DNA from: Selaginella moellendorffii
Lineage: Eukaryota > Plantae > Lycopodiophyta
Assembly: GCF_000143415.4 (NCBI RefSeq)
Contig: NW_003314269.1
Location: forward strand, 2,845,060-2,909,059
DNA length: 64,000 bases
Reading direction: 5' to 3'
A program made the translations under genes and the position numbers. Of the stretch, positions 24,201 through 37,050 are shown in pieces; position 1 is the first letter of the stretch, and each line of letters starts with the position of its first letter. The notes under the pieces are model-generated. The model worked only from the letters and a program-made list of their open reading frames with translations. It had not been told where the DNA came from and did no database searches.

Positions 24201-27110
24201 GTTCACTCCTTGTTCATTTCATTAATATCAAAATAACATGTTCTTTGGGAATGTTCTTTTGGGAATGGTGGAGGAGTAGGATATTAATATTGATGAGAAG
24301 TGTAGCATCAGTGATAATGGTCATGACAAGGAGAAGGAGACTTTTTGATAATATCATCTTGAGGCAAGGATGTTATATTATTGAGGTTCAAAGTGACATC
24401 AAGGATGTAAAGGATTCTATCAATCTCATTAAGGATTTTCTACTTCACATGGATGTTTAAAGTTTGAATCAATCCATTATCTATGATTACCATTAGTACA
24501 TCAAGCATGCTATAGAATGGAAGTTATCACTAGATGTTTGTAATGGCCAAGAGTTTGATTACTAATTATAGTTCCAGGAATGATGTTAGTTTCAGAACCC
24601 TTCTAATGACAAGGTGAAAATTGAATTTTTTTATAATGAAGCTTATAGGCTATCTTTCTTCGTGGTTCAAAGTTAATCCAAAATTGACTTCTTGGAGTGA
24701 GTTGATAAAAATTTCCATGCTCTGTTTATTAAGAAGTTTTAAAAAGTTGATCTCATGAACCATTTCCTAAAGATCAGATAAAGGACTTTGCCTTTAGATG
24801 CATATACTTACAAGTTTTATGATTTTTGCCTTTAAGTCTCACATGCATCTATAATGAGCTATTAAAGGCGCTAAAAGTGTGGATGTGCAATAAAATGTCA
24901 AGAAGGATTTTCTAGCAACATTGGTTGATGCTTTCATTAAGGCTTAGATCCTTTTTGCCAAAACCACTAATCAATTTAGTTCACTCTAATGGTCAACAAA
25001 AGGCTTCTTTATTACTAATTAAACAAATAATATCAAGTCAACCACCTTTTGGGCTAAGTCATGTTACCCTCCTCCAATATGAATCTCCCTTTCCCTTACT
25101 TGTCAAATTGAACTCCAAACATTTGGTCTATCAAAATTTAGTACCACTCTGTGGTCCTCCCCTTTTGGAGTTGATCTTGCTACTCTAAACTTAAAGTCGA
25201 ATCTTTTGGTTCTTTATTATTATAATTAGTTATTTTTAGTTGATTTTGGCAATCTAGCTATAGTGGAGTGTGCTGAGAAGTTATCAATTGCCATGGAGAC
25301 ACTAATCAAGTGTTAGCAAAAAATTCTTGCATAGCCAAATTATTCATTTCTATGCATTTGATCTTTCATATACTACTTCATAAACACTTGTAGCACATTT
25401 TTTATCTCTTCCAACCCCTCCAATGAAGCTACATATAAAGGATCAACACTTTAATACCACTATTAAGACTTTGATCATCTTGTAGAATTTACTTAGAGAA
25501 GAAAAGATATATTGCAAGGAAAGAAGAAAATGAGAAAGAAAAGAGGAAAACCTAAATCAATAATTTATCTTACTTTTATATGTTTTTGCCTATATTATCT
25601 CTTTTATAACATATTGAAATTACTCATATGACTCATAACACATGATCACAACAACCAACATTCCGAAACTCAACCAAAATACTGTGATAATAGTTTAATT
25701 AATATCACACCATTTCTAGGAAACACTAAAATTGATGAAAGTATTTTTGTATAGAGACAATATTGAAAGTGATACTATAACAAACTCTAAATACTTTCAC
25801 TTCTACCAGCTTAATCTAATGTTTGATAAGCTTGAAAAAGATTTATTGACTATCCATCACTACTTGAATGTTGTTCAAGTTGAAAAAAATGCCATAAAAA
25901 ATTGTAAACTTCCAATTGATGAAGTTTACATTGACATCACTATTGTCTAAAATTTAAGAAGAAAGGAATGGAGCCAACAACCTTTAATTGGATTGGATGT
26001 TCATATTTATTGGAAGTACATGTGCAACATCTATTGTACAAGTATGAGGAAAAATAAGAATACTATTTCTGAAGTTGATTTGCACCTCCACAATACATAT
26101 AGAGGTGGTTTTTAATCCATTGTCATTTAACATTGAAAAGACACTATTGAGAAGTGATTAATTTTCATTAAAACTATATGTTAATTGTTCTAAGATTGGG
26201 GCCATTGGATAAGGTGAAAATGTTTTGATAACAATGCTCAATTGACATTTTCACAAATAATTATCAATGAATAATAAGATCAATGGCCATTGTGAAAGAT
26301 GTTGGATTTGAGTGAGAAAGTATAAGATTATTAATATTATCATGAAGGCCAAGATGGAAATGTTTCTTGAGAGATATATTCCATAAAATATTAGTGGCAA
26401 GTATTTGGAACTCAAATGTGTAGACAAATGCAAACTTAAAGCTTTCACAGAGTGCTTGTTAAAATGATTTCATAGCTCTCACAAAAACCATATGGTTTGA
26501 ACAAAATGAAATTAAGTACATATTTTTTCAACCATGTATATGGTTTATATATGCATGTTTTTTCTAAAGCAATAGTTATAAAGCTATAGTTGTCAATATA
26601 TAGAATATATGGTTCTATGAAACCTATTATGCAACTAGAATTCAACCTATTTTCTATTATAGATAACATATGATTGAGAAACTATAAACTGATATGGTTT
26701 TAATTTAGTTATCTCAAGTATTATTATAATAGCAGAATATAGTCTAGTTTTTAATATAGTTAACATTCTAATGTATATATGTAATACAAAATTGGAACAC
26801 AATATAGATAACATCAATTATTATTTTAAAACTGAAACACAATTTAACTCTATAATATGAATCATATTTTGGTTTATGAGCCAACACGGTGTGGAAGTGT
26901 GTTGTTTTCCTTCCAAAACCTAATTTTAACTACATATAAAAGCATTTTTAATTGCAATAGTAATGGTACATATCAACCAATATAGAATCAACTTGGAAAT
27001 TCATGACAAATTAAATCCTAAGATTGGGGCTATTAAATAAAATATATTTTTTCAATGAAGGAATCAAACAACCATCATTCATGATTGGCTTTGGATTAAT
27101 CTATCTTATA

Positions 27111-27210
27111 NNNNNNNNNNNNNNNNNNNNNNNNNNNNNNNNNNNNNNNNNNNNNNNNNNNNNNNNNNNNNNNNNNNNNNNNNNNNNNNNNNNNNNNNNN
27201 NNNNNNNNNN
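27111..27210. other. Assembly gap (100 N)
   Basis: Run of n characters. Confidence 1.
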
Positions 27211-27484
27211 TGTGGTTTGTATAAATGGCATGAGTTTAATTCTCATTTATTAGCGGCTATTTAATATATAATATACTTTTGAGCAAAATATATTCCTACC
27301 CCTAAATTTAAAATCGTATGTTCTTCTTGTAGGGCATATATGGACAAAGGTATACATTGTGGGACTGTGGTACAGGTGAATGACTAGTTGCCACATGGAA
27401 TAGTTGGTATACATTATGAAATGATTGGTAATTTAGTGTGGAAATGGAGGTGTTAGTTCCTTTCGGCTTAATAAGGGTTATTAA

Positions 27485-27750
27485 TCAATAGTCAATGAAA
27501 ACATTAACATCTTTGAAGAGGGGTAATATGATTATGGGATAAAATTTGAATATACTATCACCATAGATCCTTAAAAATTTAGGGGATAAATAGAGATAAA
27601 AATAGTCAATAAAAAACATTAACATTGTTGAAAGGGGGACAGGGGGGGCGGGGGGGCTAAATGTAGTGTATATGATCATAGGATAAGATTTAGATATGTT
27701 ATCACTATAGATTTTTAAAAACTTAAGGGATAAATAAGGATAAAAAATCA
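27485..27750. repeat. Degenerate tandem repeat, two ~115-140 bp units
   Basis: aatagtcaat.aaaacattaacat...tatcaccatagat..ttaaaaa.ttaggggataaata occurs twice. Confidence 0.7.
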
Positions 27751-27859
27751 CTAAAGGCTCTCTTATCAAGCAATTGCCTCTTTTTTAATTGGCTTAAAAG
27801 GAGAGAGATAGTGTGTTATAGAAGTGCGTAGATTTGGGATTTTGGTTTAGATTTAACTT

Positions 27860-30800
27860 TTGCATTGTCTATATCTCACTTTCCCTATAGCATTTGGTTT
27901 GTATGAGTTATTGGTGATGTCATTTGGTTTGAATAATACTCTAACGACTTTTTAATTGATGATGGATGAAATTCTTTGCAATATACCGAATGTGACTACT
28001 GACTTCATTAATGATGTCTTAACCCATTCGAAGGGGATATGGGAGGAGTATATACATAATATTCATAAGGTGTTGGATCCGTTACAAGAAGTTAGTTTAA
28101 AGCTAAAGTGGTCAAAGCATGTGTTTGGATCTAAAGACGTGACTTTATCTTGGGTATTGCATTTCTTCAAATTGATCTAGAAGTGTTGTACATCATTCAC
28201 ACACTTTGGAATAAAGAACTTTAAATAACCATATCTTATGTAAAGTGCAATATCTTAGCTATTCTATTGATCATTTTTTTGATCATACTACACTATTGCG
28301 AGCATTGTTAAAGTTGTCAATATCATCTTTCATTTGGTTTGTGAACTATGAATAAGCATTTATAGATCTAAAGAGCTATTAAAGACTCTTCAAGTTTTTG
28401 TATATTTTAACTACACTTGATCTTTCATTTTACATGTGGATGCTTTTGATATCAATCTTAGAAGTGTATTAATGCAAAAAGTGTGTTTAGTCACTACCAT
28501 CCCATTGCATACATCAGCCATATATTACAATTAGTGAAGGTGAATTATTCCACAACAGAGAAAGAGTATTTAATAGCAGTTTGGGGTTTTGAGAAACTTC
28601 CTACATATTTACATGGTTCTCAGACATTACTAGAAGGACTTGGTTAGTCGTACTATTTGGTTGGCTTTGAAGTTTCAAATATATCATTTCAAGGTTGTTT
28701 ATCATTTGGGATGTTTTATGGTTGATGTTAATGTTTTTTTTTAAGCTCCTTTTCCTTCTTTGCTCTTTTCTCATGTTTTTGATAAATTTTTTATTCTAGC
28801 ATCTATGGATTTTCTAAATAAGGATTTCATGCCGTCAGTAATTGTTATACTTAATGTTTAGTGTCCACAAAGTGTAAAGCAAAATTACCTTCTCTTGACA
28901 AGGTTTGTAAGAGTCAAAAAATTAAATCATGGATTTGAAGGTTTTGTAATAGGTTTGAGATTCCTACAACACTTGCTGATAATTTACCATTTCGGCATTT
29001 ACATTCTCAATATCACTTTGAAGATGATTTTCTTTATTTTGTGGGGATAGATCATAATGATCATTTATAATTAATGGTGCCTTTGATATTTATTCCATGT
29101 TTTCTCCACACCTACCATGATTCTCTTATTCTATAAAGGTATATAAGATATTGTTATATGATTGAGAAGCTGTATAGGTATTTTTATTAGTCAGAAATGC
29201 AATATAATATTATTGCATAGCTACATTTGGTGCCAAACATATAATACTCCTCTTTATGCTATAGAAGAGTGGTTAGAGTCAATTATAATTTCCTATCCAT
29301 TTGAGTTAGTGGCATTTGATTTGATAGGGCTTTTTCCATAGTTGATTATAAGTAATGAGTATATCATTATTGCTTTTAACTATTTGACTCATTGGGTGGA
29401 AGTCAGTGCTCTTGTTAGTGCATCTGTAATTGGTACTAAATACCTCTTCCTTAATCAAATGGTGTTTATAGCGCACATGGTTTTCACCCTTTATCTTACA
29501 GTGATTTACCATAGGATAATCACAAAACGGAACCTAAACCCTCCATATGCCACATGTTATATGCCACATACCACATGCCATATGTCTAGGGACAGTGGAG
29601 TGGAACCTAAGTTTCAGAGCCTTAGGCCAATGAATGAAAGAATAAAACTAAATTCCTAAGCATTGAGCCAAGGGAAGGTATTGGAGCATAGAATGACTCT
29701 CAAATATACAACTTAAAGAATGAAGGGACAGAAGCACGAAATAACATAAAAATAGTCCTAGAGCATCCAACATCCCAATGCAAAACCAACATGCAAAATA
29801 AAGCCAAACATAGTTTGGCATTATTTCAATATATTAGTGGCTTAATACGAGGATAAAGGTACTCCACCAGCTAGCATGGTGTGGAACTTAGGCTTAAACC
29901 CAAGTTACACAAGCGAGAGCTAAACTATGCCTCAGGTTGGTTAACCATGTCTAACTTACCCACTATCCTTACTATACATTTGGAACCCAAGAACATATGT
30001 TTTGAGCTTTCACCCTTAGCCACCTTTAGTATTAGTCTAGGACAAGCTTGAAATTTATTAAATATGAAATAGTGTTAGATTATGAATTTGGACACGAGAC
30101 CATCACCATTGTGTTCAAGATAATCTCTACATTCTATACATATACCAAATTAACAAATTTAGATATTTTTCATAAATAGCAATTGAGACCAAACAAAACT
30201 AACATAAAGAGTATGATAGTGAAGGTGTTTGGTAGACATGGTAAAGTATCATCTAGCAATATTGAGGGACTAGTCTTAATACACGGGGCTTCTTGTCACT
30301 AGCCACTACAAGACATAACGAGACAGAAACTCTTTACCGGGTTAAGTATGTTTAGTTAATAAATTTTATCCGTATACTCATTTGGTTTAAGTACACTTGA
30401 AATGCCCAATTAACTCCATTAGCACAAAAGGGGCTAATAAAGTGTTTAATATTACTGACCTCCTACCATCGTGGCAGTAAGGAAAGAATATCCAAAAGGA
30501 TTAGTCAGGAAATAACTTTTGATACCCAAAGTCACATTTATAACAATGTTCCAGCATTCATGTCTATAATGGATTCTTTCAGATAATGGTCATGCATTTA
30601 TGGTTGAGGCATTTCATGTTTTAACATCTTGGCTGGAGATATGCCACACTTTCACATGTGTTTATCATCCACATATAAATGGTTTGGTAGAATGGCTTGT
30701 TTAGACTTTCAAATGGATAATTGTAACACATATAAACTTTTAGAATTTGCATTGAATAGTTATTTGTTGTCTCTTCAGTGTAGTTTTTTCCACTAAAAGT

Positions 30801-30890
30801 TTTGCCCATTTCAAAGATGTACCATAACTATCAATGCATTAAATAAAATTGTCTAACCTAGCTTTAAAGGTTACAACCTTTTGTTGTATT
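27860..30890 (+). mobile_element. Degenerate Ty3/gypsy pol (RT-RNase H-integrase), interrupted by a solo LTR
   Basis: YELLVMSFGLNN...MMDEIL...FINDVL (RT); FILHVDA and NYSTTEKEYLIAVWG (RNase H); PFELVAFDLIG, NYLTHWVE and ILSDNG (integrase). Gypsy domain order, many stops. Confidence 0.8.
29467..30545. mobile_element. Old solo LTR (same family as 30900-32045)
   Basis: Ends tatagcgcacatg...cacatttataaca; flanked by GTGTT/ATGTT; colinear with 30900-32045; sits inside the integrase region. Confidence 0.8.
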
Positions 30891-30899
30891 ATTTCTAAA

Positions 30900-32045
30900 T
30901 GTAGCGCACGTGGTTTTGACCCTTTATCCTATGGTGATTTACCATAGGATAACACCACGAAGCGGAACCTAAACCCTCTTTGTGCCACGTGACGGATGCC
31001 ACGTGTCATATGCCACGTGTCCATCCCACGTGTCCATAGGAACCCGAGGTTCAGGGCCTTGGGCCACTGAACGAAGGAACGGTGCCAAACTCCCAAGCAT
31101 GGAGCCAAGGAGTGACGGAACCGAACCACGGAGCAACTCTCGAGCATAAAGCCCAAGGAGCGAAGGGACAGGAGCCCGGAGCGACTTGGAACAGTCCTGG
31201 AGCAACCAGCATCCCAATGCCAAGACCAACACGCAAAACGGAGCCAAAGGAAGTCTGGCGCTATTTCGGCATACCGGTGGCCTAACGTGAGGATATGGGT
31301 ACTCCACCAACTAGCATGGAATGGAACTTGGGCTTAGACCCAAGCCGGACGCAGAACAAGGACAGGCACGCAAGCGGGAGCTAGACTATGCCTCAGGTTG
31401 GTCGGCCATGCCCGACCTACCCACTATCCCTACTATACATTTGGAACCCCCCATAGCCCCCCCCCCTTGAGGAACACACGCTTTGGGCTTTCACCCCAAG
31501 CCTCCCTTAGTATCAGGAGTTAGTCTCTGGGACAAGCTCGAAACTTACTAAATATGGAATGTCCCTAGATTGCGAATTTGGACACGGGACGAACACCATT
31601 GTGTTCAGGACAATCTCTACATTCCGTAGATATGCCAAATGAGCAAATCTGGACACTTTCCACAAATAGCATTTGGGACCGAAATGAGACTAACACAAAG
31701 GGCATGATAGCGAGGGTGTTTGGCAGACACGGTAAGCTATCATGTAGCGATATTGAGGGACCAATCTCAATACGCGAGGGTTCTTGTCAAGCCAGTGCAA
31801 GACAGAGCAAAAGAGAACTAACAAGCCGGGCCAAGTATGCTCAGCTAAATAGACACTTAGGAATTCCTTCCTTATGCTCATCCGGCCAAGTACAGATGCA
31901 AAGTCCAGTTTACTAACACTTGAACAAGAGGGACTGATAAAGGGTCCAGCAATACCGACCTCCTGCCATCGTGGCAGTAAGGTAAGAGTGTCCGTAAGGA
32001 CTGGTCGACAGGTAACTTTCGATACCCGAAGTCACATGCGCGACA
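30900..32045. mobile_element. Young solo LTR with perfect 5-bp TSD CTAAA
   Basis: Starts TGTAGCGCACGTG and ends CACATGCGCGACA (11/13 inverted match); CTAAA at 30895-30899 and at 32046-32050. Confidence 0.9.
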
Positions 32046-33342
32046 CTAAATCATTGTCAACCATAGATTTTAAAACTTCTTCATCAAAAAGATTTTATAA
32101 GACATCTATCATCTTTTGCTGCAATGTCACTTTTATAACTTTTAATGGAGTGATATCTTCTTTTTGCTCAAACTTTATATCAATATTTAAACTTTGTTTA
32201 ATGTAAATTACCTCAAACTTACATAGTGCTTGAGGTATTGGATAGCCCAGATTAATGATACCCCATCAATGGCTATGATTGTGTTGGTATATTCACAGGT
32301 TTTTATAGTAATACTAAACTTTGCTAGATTAAGTGCTGACTTTTTTTAAGGGCTGAGATTAAAACTTGCATGTTTAAATTAAAAATCACACTTTTTAAAC
32401 AAGGTAAGATATTAAAAATTATCAAATATTACTTTTGTAATGAGTTAGTAATTAATTGCTAGATAAATAAACATATCATGTATTATCATAATTGCAATCT
32501 GTAAGTTTACAAAGGAATATAAGAAATTCATTCATATTCTGTTTATATGGTATCAATGTTGCTACATCCTACTTGGGTTGCTGTGGGTTGCCATGTTAAA
32601 GACATGGCAGTGAAGCCATTTGTCTATGGCAGTTCAATCAAATTCAAAGAGCTTGTGACCTGTTCTTGCATCTCCAGTTTTGGTGGTTTTTAAGAGTCTT
32701 TTTTATCTGAAATTTTCTTTAACCACTAGCTCTACCCTAGGAGAAATAATATCATCCTCATCTTACAAATTGATGATCCTAGCTTTTGAAGACAAGATGT
32801 TCTAGGCTGATTTAGCAAGCATATATTAGAAGTAGTAGATTTCAAAATCCATGCTACACCCTCGAACTCTAAGTTTTTGGTAACATTTTGGCACCATGAC
32901 CACATAAAACACATCTAGGTTGAAGGCACACCTAAGCACAAAGACAAAGTGTCCTTTGTGCATGCTTACGATACTAAACCTCCACTATGCTTCCCAGTTA
33001 GAATGATGATGCTTGAGATGGACTCACACCATGTGGACTTGAAAATGGCTAAAGATGCATTTAGGAAATTAGGGAAGGTGATCAAAACCAATAGAAATAT
33101 TCCTCTTGACAAATTAGAGGTTTCAGACATGTGGGCTTTTTGGGATATTTATAATGCAGCCACATAGACCTCCACCCCAACCCACCTATGGCCACCCCTC
33201 CACCTCCAATGGCTTTGGCACCAATAATGCCACCCTTGACCAAAGAACCTATGGTGACAGTGGTTAGTGCACTTGAAGACCATAAGTTGGAAATTCAAGA
33301 AGATCTTGATGTCTGTTTTTCACTGTTGGGAAGTGGGAGGAT

Positions 33343-33400
33343 GAATCACCAAAAGCCATATGTAAACATCAATCACCAAAAGCCATATGTAAACATCAAT
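33343..33400. repeat. Perfect 27-bp tandem duplication
   Basis: aatcaccaaaagccatatgtaaacatc occurs twice in tandem. Confidence 0.85.
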
Positions 33401-34068
33401 TGGCATATAGTGTTACTTCATCACCCTTAGAGAAGCCAAAGAAATGCTTGCACACAACTCTTGCTCTAATAAATGACTTCCCCGACTCAAGAAATTTATG
33501 GACTATAGTTGAAGACACCATCTCAAGGGGCAACAAATCTAGGGTAGCCAACTACAACAGCCTTCTACAAGGCAGCAGCGAGTAAGATGCATCATGGTGC
33601 ACAGAGCTGTCATAGTGAGTCAGTGATCTTCATCTCTAAGTCATCAATTACTTTTGTGATTTTTTTGATTTTTTTTTGGTATTTTTTAGGTTCAGAATTT
33701 GGCCTCAACAATATCCATAGACAATTTTGGACTAGAAAGACACTTAAAAGTCAATAATGACAAAATTTTATCCATTGTTGGACTTTGGTTCCTATACCAA
33801 ATTCCAACAACAGTTAGTTTGCGTCTAGACAATGTCTATAAATAATTTCAAACTAGAAAGACAATTGAAAGCCTCCAAAAACAAATTAGTCTTTATGTAC
33901 ATAGACTGTTCTACATGTTCATGCTTTTCTTAACTTCTGGTAGTTTTTTAAAAGCATCAATATATTTTGAATACCCTTAAAGTCTTTTTCTCATAGTAAC
34001 AATTCAATAATAGCTTAATCACTTATTTCACAAGCTACTCGACAAGTGTTAGTTGAGACTTGCTATAG

Positions 34069-35970
34069 CTAAAATTTGAAGTGTCCATGCTGCGGTGAAG
34101 TAGTGTCACCGCATTCTGTTGTCAGCAGCTTAGCACTCTCAGCTTCGGAGAACATAAAGTCTAGTTTTCTGGAAATGTCCTCCTTGATTCTCACGAACAC
34201 CTGAAAGTTTAGGAAATGAGTGAAAGAAACAATATGGAAAAGCAGCACAGCTTACGGGATTGTCGTACAGATAAACGTAGTGTCCGTCGTCTTGATCAGT
34301 AACAGCTTTCCAAAGTACCCTGTTTCCCTGCAAGCGCACACTTTTCGGTAACAGAAATTCTGGATACATCTGATCTTACCAGTTTCATCACTTGTGCAAA
34401 ATCCTCGAGCTCTTCGTCGTCCAGCTTAAGAAGATTCTCAGTGGACCAGAGATCTATCAGAGTATCCAGCTGAACAATCCGACGTCGCCTACGTAGAAAA
34501 ACCAATTTGAAACTCAAGGAAAGACATACCAAGTTCGTACCTCCTCGGATCCGGAAGAGCAACTTGATTGAGGTTGATCATTATTTCATCACGGGTTTTG
34601 GCGAGTTTCCCTTGACCCGAGAACCAGCGAAGCAGAGGCAAAAAGACCGGCCTTCTCCTCTCCGTCCCTCCATCCGTGAGCACCCATGAGCTCCGCCGCT
34701 CAGTCCCTTCAAAGAGATAAACCTGATTCTCTGGAAAAAACTTGAGCTTGGCCTTGGCCCGTCCCATGTTCCTCCGCCTCCGAAACACCCACGGCCTCAG
34801 CTTCTGATAGATCATACTGTCGAGCTTCCGAAACACCCCTCGAGCATGGCAGTACTTGAAGTAGTGCCCCCACCTCACAACTTTCGGAGCCATCCGACTT
34901 ATAAGATTGTAGCACGACCCTCCCCGTGACTGGGAGATGACCGTCTTGAGCTCGGACAAAAACAACCTGTAAGAGTTCCTGGAAGGCCTCACCTTGAGCC
35001 TCATCTCCTCGTTTTTCATGGCGTGCTGGAACTTAAATCCCAGGAACTCGAAGCCCGACCTCGAGTCCGTGATCGTGTATCTATCCGGATCGAGCTTGAT
35101 GCCAACTCCACGCAACCAATCCCGGACAAACACAGTAGCATCGAGGATGAAGGCATGAGAGCGATTGACCACGACGAACTGCTCGCAGTAGCGGACGAAG
35201 AGCGGAGCTGGATGGCCGGGATAGAACTTCGCGAACCACTCGTAGAAGGCGGTCTCCAATCCATGCATGGCGATGTTAGCCAGCAGCGGAGTGATCACTC
35301 CAAAGTCCCCAGCTCTTGGATACCCCGGATTCAGCCACCGGAGTGCCATGATCCCTCCATTCAGCCACGCCTCCACCTGTGACGCGATGATCGGCAGCGA
35401 GTTCCTCAGCTTGCTCATCACCGCGCGGTGCTCAAACTCCTGGAAAATGTAGCACGAGTGAGCGACGAGAACGTACTTCTCCTTGCCTTTGAGCGAGAGA
35501 GTGATGGCGTCCATGGCGTCTCTGTAGCTCCTGTGAGGCCTATACCCGAAGGATCCATCCTCGAACCGGGCCTCCCACTCCGGCTCCAGCGCGAGCTTGA
35601 CGAGCATCTGCTTGGCGCGATCGCGGACAACGTCCTGCAAGCATCGCCCCAGCCGGCGCCGCCGCGTGACGCAAAAGGGCAGGCCCTTGTCAGTGATGCG
35701 CAGCGTCCTGGCGAGCGCGATTCGGGCCTCGCTGGTGATGAGCGCGTTCACGCCCAGCGACGCCTCGCCCTGATTCGACTCGGTGACCCGCCGCACGGCC
35801 AGGAGGCGCGCGTGAGCGTTTTCCAGCAGCCGCGACTGGAATGCGTGTACCTTGGCGGTGTCGTTGGCCACGGCGGCGCGGTAGATCATGGATTGGAGGC
35901 GCAGCACCACGGATTTGACGGTCGACCACGGCACTCTCTCCCATGGCTCGAGCTTCACGGCAGCCTGCAT
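34069..35970 (-). CDS. Nuclear-encoded group II intron RT/maturase-like protein (RVT_N + degenerate RT + domain X), catalytically inactive; predicted exons 35970-34541, 34488-34380, 34327-34256, 34200-34069 (~580 aa)
   Basis: RVT_N motifs W..V...V.RLQ.MIY.A and ARLLAVRRVTESNQG; RT2 KLALEPEWEARFEDGSFGYRPHRS; RT4 ITPLLANIAMHGLE; RT5 RYCEQF; RT7 GFEFLGFKF; domain X RWGHYF. Three GT-AG introns of 52, 52 and 55 nt keep the frame to TAG at 34069. Confidence 0.88.
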
Positions 35971-36059
35971 TCTCCATCAAAAATCCCTAGGGAAACTTGC
36001 ATAGAACCCTAAAATTCAAACTCTCTTTAGGGCTCGATAAAGAGTTTGCTGTGGCGGGA

Positions 36060-37050
36060 ATGAAGCGCACGAGCGGCAGAACATTCTTCCGGGATTTTCT
36101 TTCCATTCCAATGAACACATCCATCTCGGCGAATCTCCCACTCCATCTCCAGCTCAAGCGATTGGATTTTGGTGGCTGGAACCAGGAGAACGATACGGGA
36201 TCCAAGTGGGGGTGGATTTCCCTCAACATTTATGGTAACAAGATCTCTAGCTCCGTGGTGGATTACCTCCCGAGCAGCTCTTCCACGTGTGGGCGGCAAC
36301 TTCAACGGGCTTGCTCCTAGTGGAGACCAGGCGAGACAAGCTGATCGTCACCAATCCCCTCACTCACCGCTGGACTCGAGTTCCACCAGGACTGGGTTGT
36401 GAGATCGAGTGCTTTTATTGCCATGTTCTAGGCGTTCCTAGACTCAAACTTTTGGGTGGTCTATGGCTCGAGTCCGCGTTTACGATTGCTGTTCGCGTCG
36501 CTGTTGTGCGGCAGTAGCAGCTGCCTGGGAGAGCTGGAGAGCTGGCCAGAATCAGATACTGGCATCGTTTCCCAAGCTTGGGTTTTGCAGCGATGGAAGC
36601 CACATTGTTTTAATTGCCAGGAGCAGCTCGGCAGGGGAGGAGTACTCACTCAAGTTTGTTAACTTCCTCAATCGGGCTGCGCGATGGAAGAGCCTGCCGC
36701 TGGGATTCATGGTCAGTGACATACCAGTCTTTTGCCTACTTCACATATTTCCCCTGTCGGGGAATCCTCCTCCCATGCATGCAAACGTGAAAAGGTGGCA
36801 GTGGAGGAGTGATGACAACCCTAGCATTTCTGCTCTTGGACAAGACGTTGGGCAATGCCGCTGAATGATCCAGGGCTGTTTCCTCAGGAGATCGTCCCAG
36901 GAGTGGTTTATTTGTGCGGGCGCCTGTGGTAGTCCTTGGTCTCCTCGAGCTGTGTGTCTACAGGATCTCAAGCCAGACATGGTCGCCACTGCTGCTGCCG
37001 GACTCCAAGTTGAAGGGCCTTATACCCTTCAAGTTCTCCTGCTCGGCTAA
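36060..37050 (+). pseudogene. F-box-associated-domain gene relic
   Basis: AATSTGLLLVETRRDKLIVTNPLTHRWTRVPP matches the GLL...L.V.NPLT..W..LPP motif of plant F-box-associated domains; the frame is broken. Confidence 0.5.

Noticed and set aside
24300-27100. Possible DNA transposase or retroelement remnants
   Set aside because: Too degenerate to assign a family by eye.
29467-32045. A single TRIM-like element with two LTRs
   Set aside because: Each LTR has its own TSD, the 355-bp spacer is the continuation of the host gypsy integrase, and the copies are too divergent.
34069-35970. Active mobile group II intron, retron, DGR or CRISPR-associated RT
   Set aside because: Catalytic aspartates are absent; no HNH, intron RNA, template repeat or CRISPR array was seen; the context is a eukaryotic nuclear genome.
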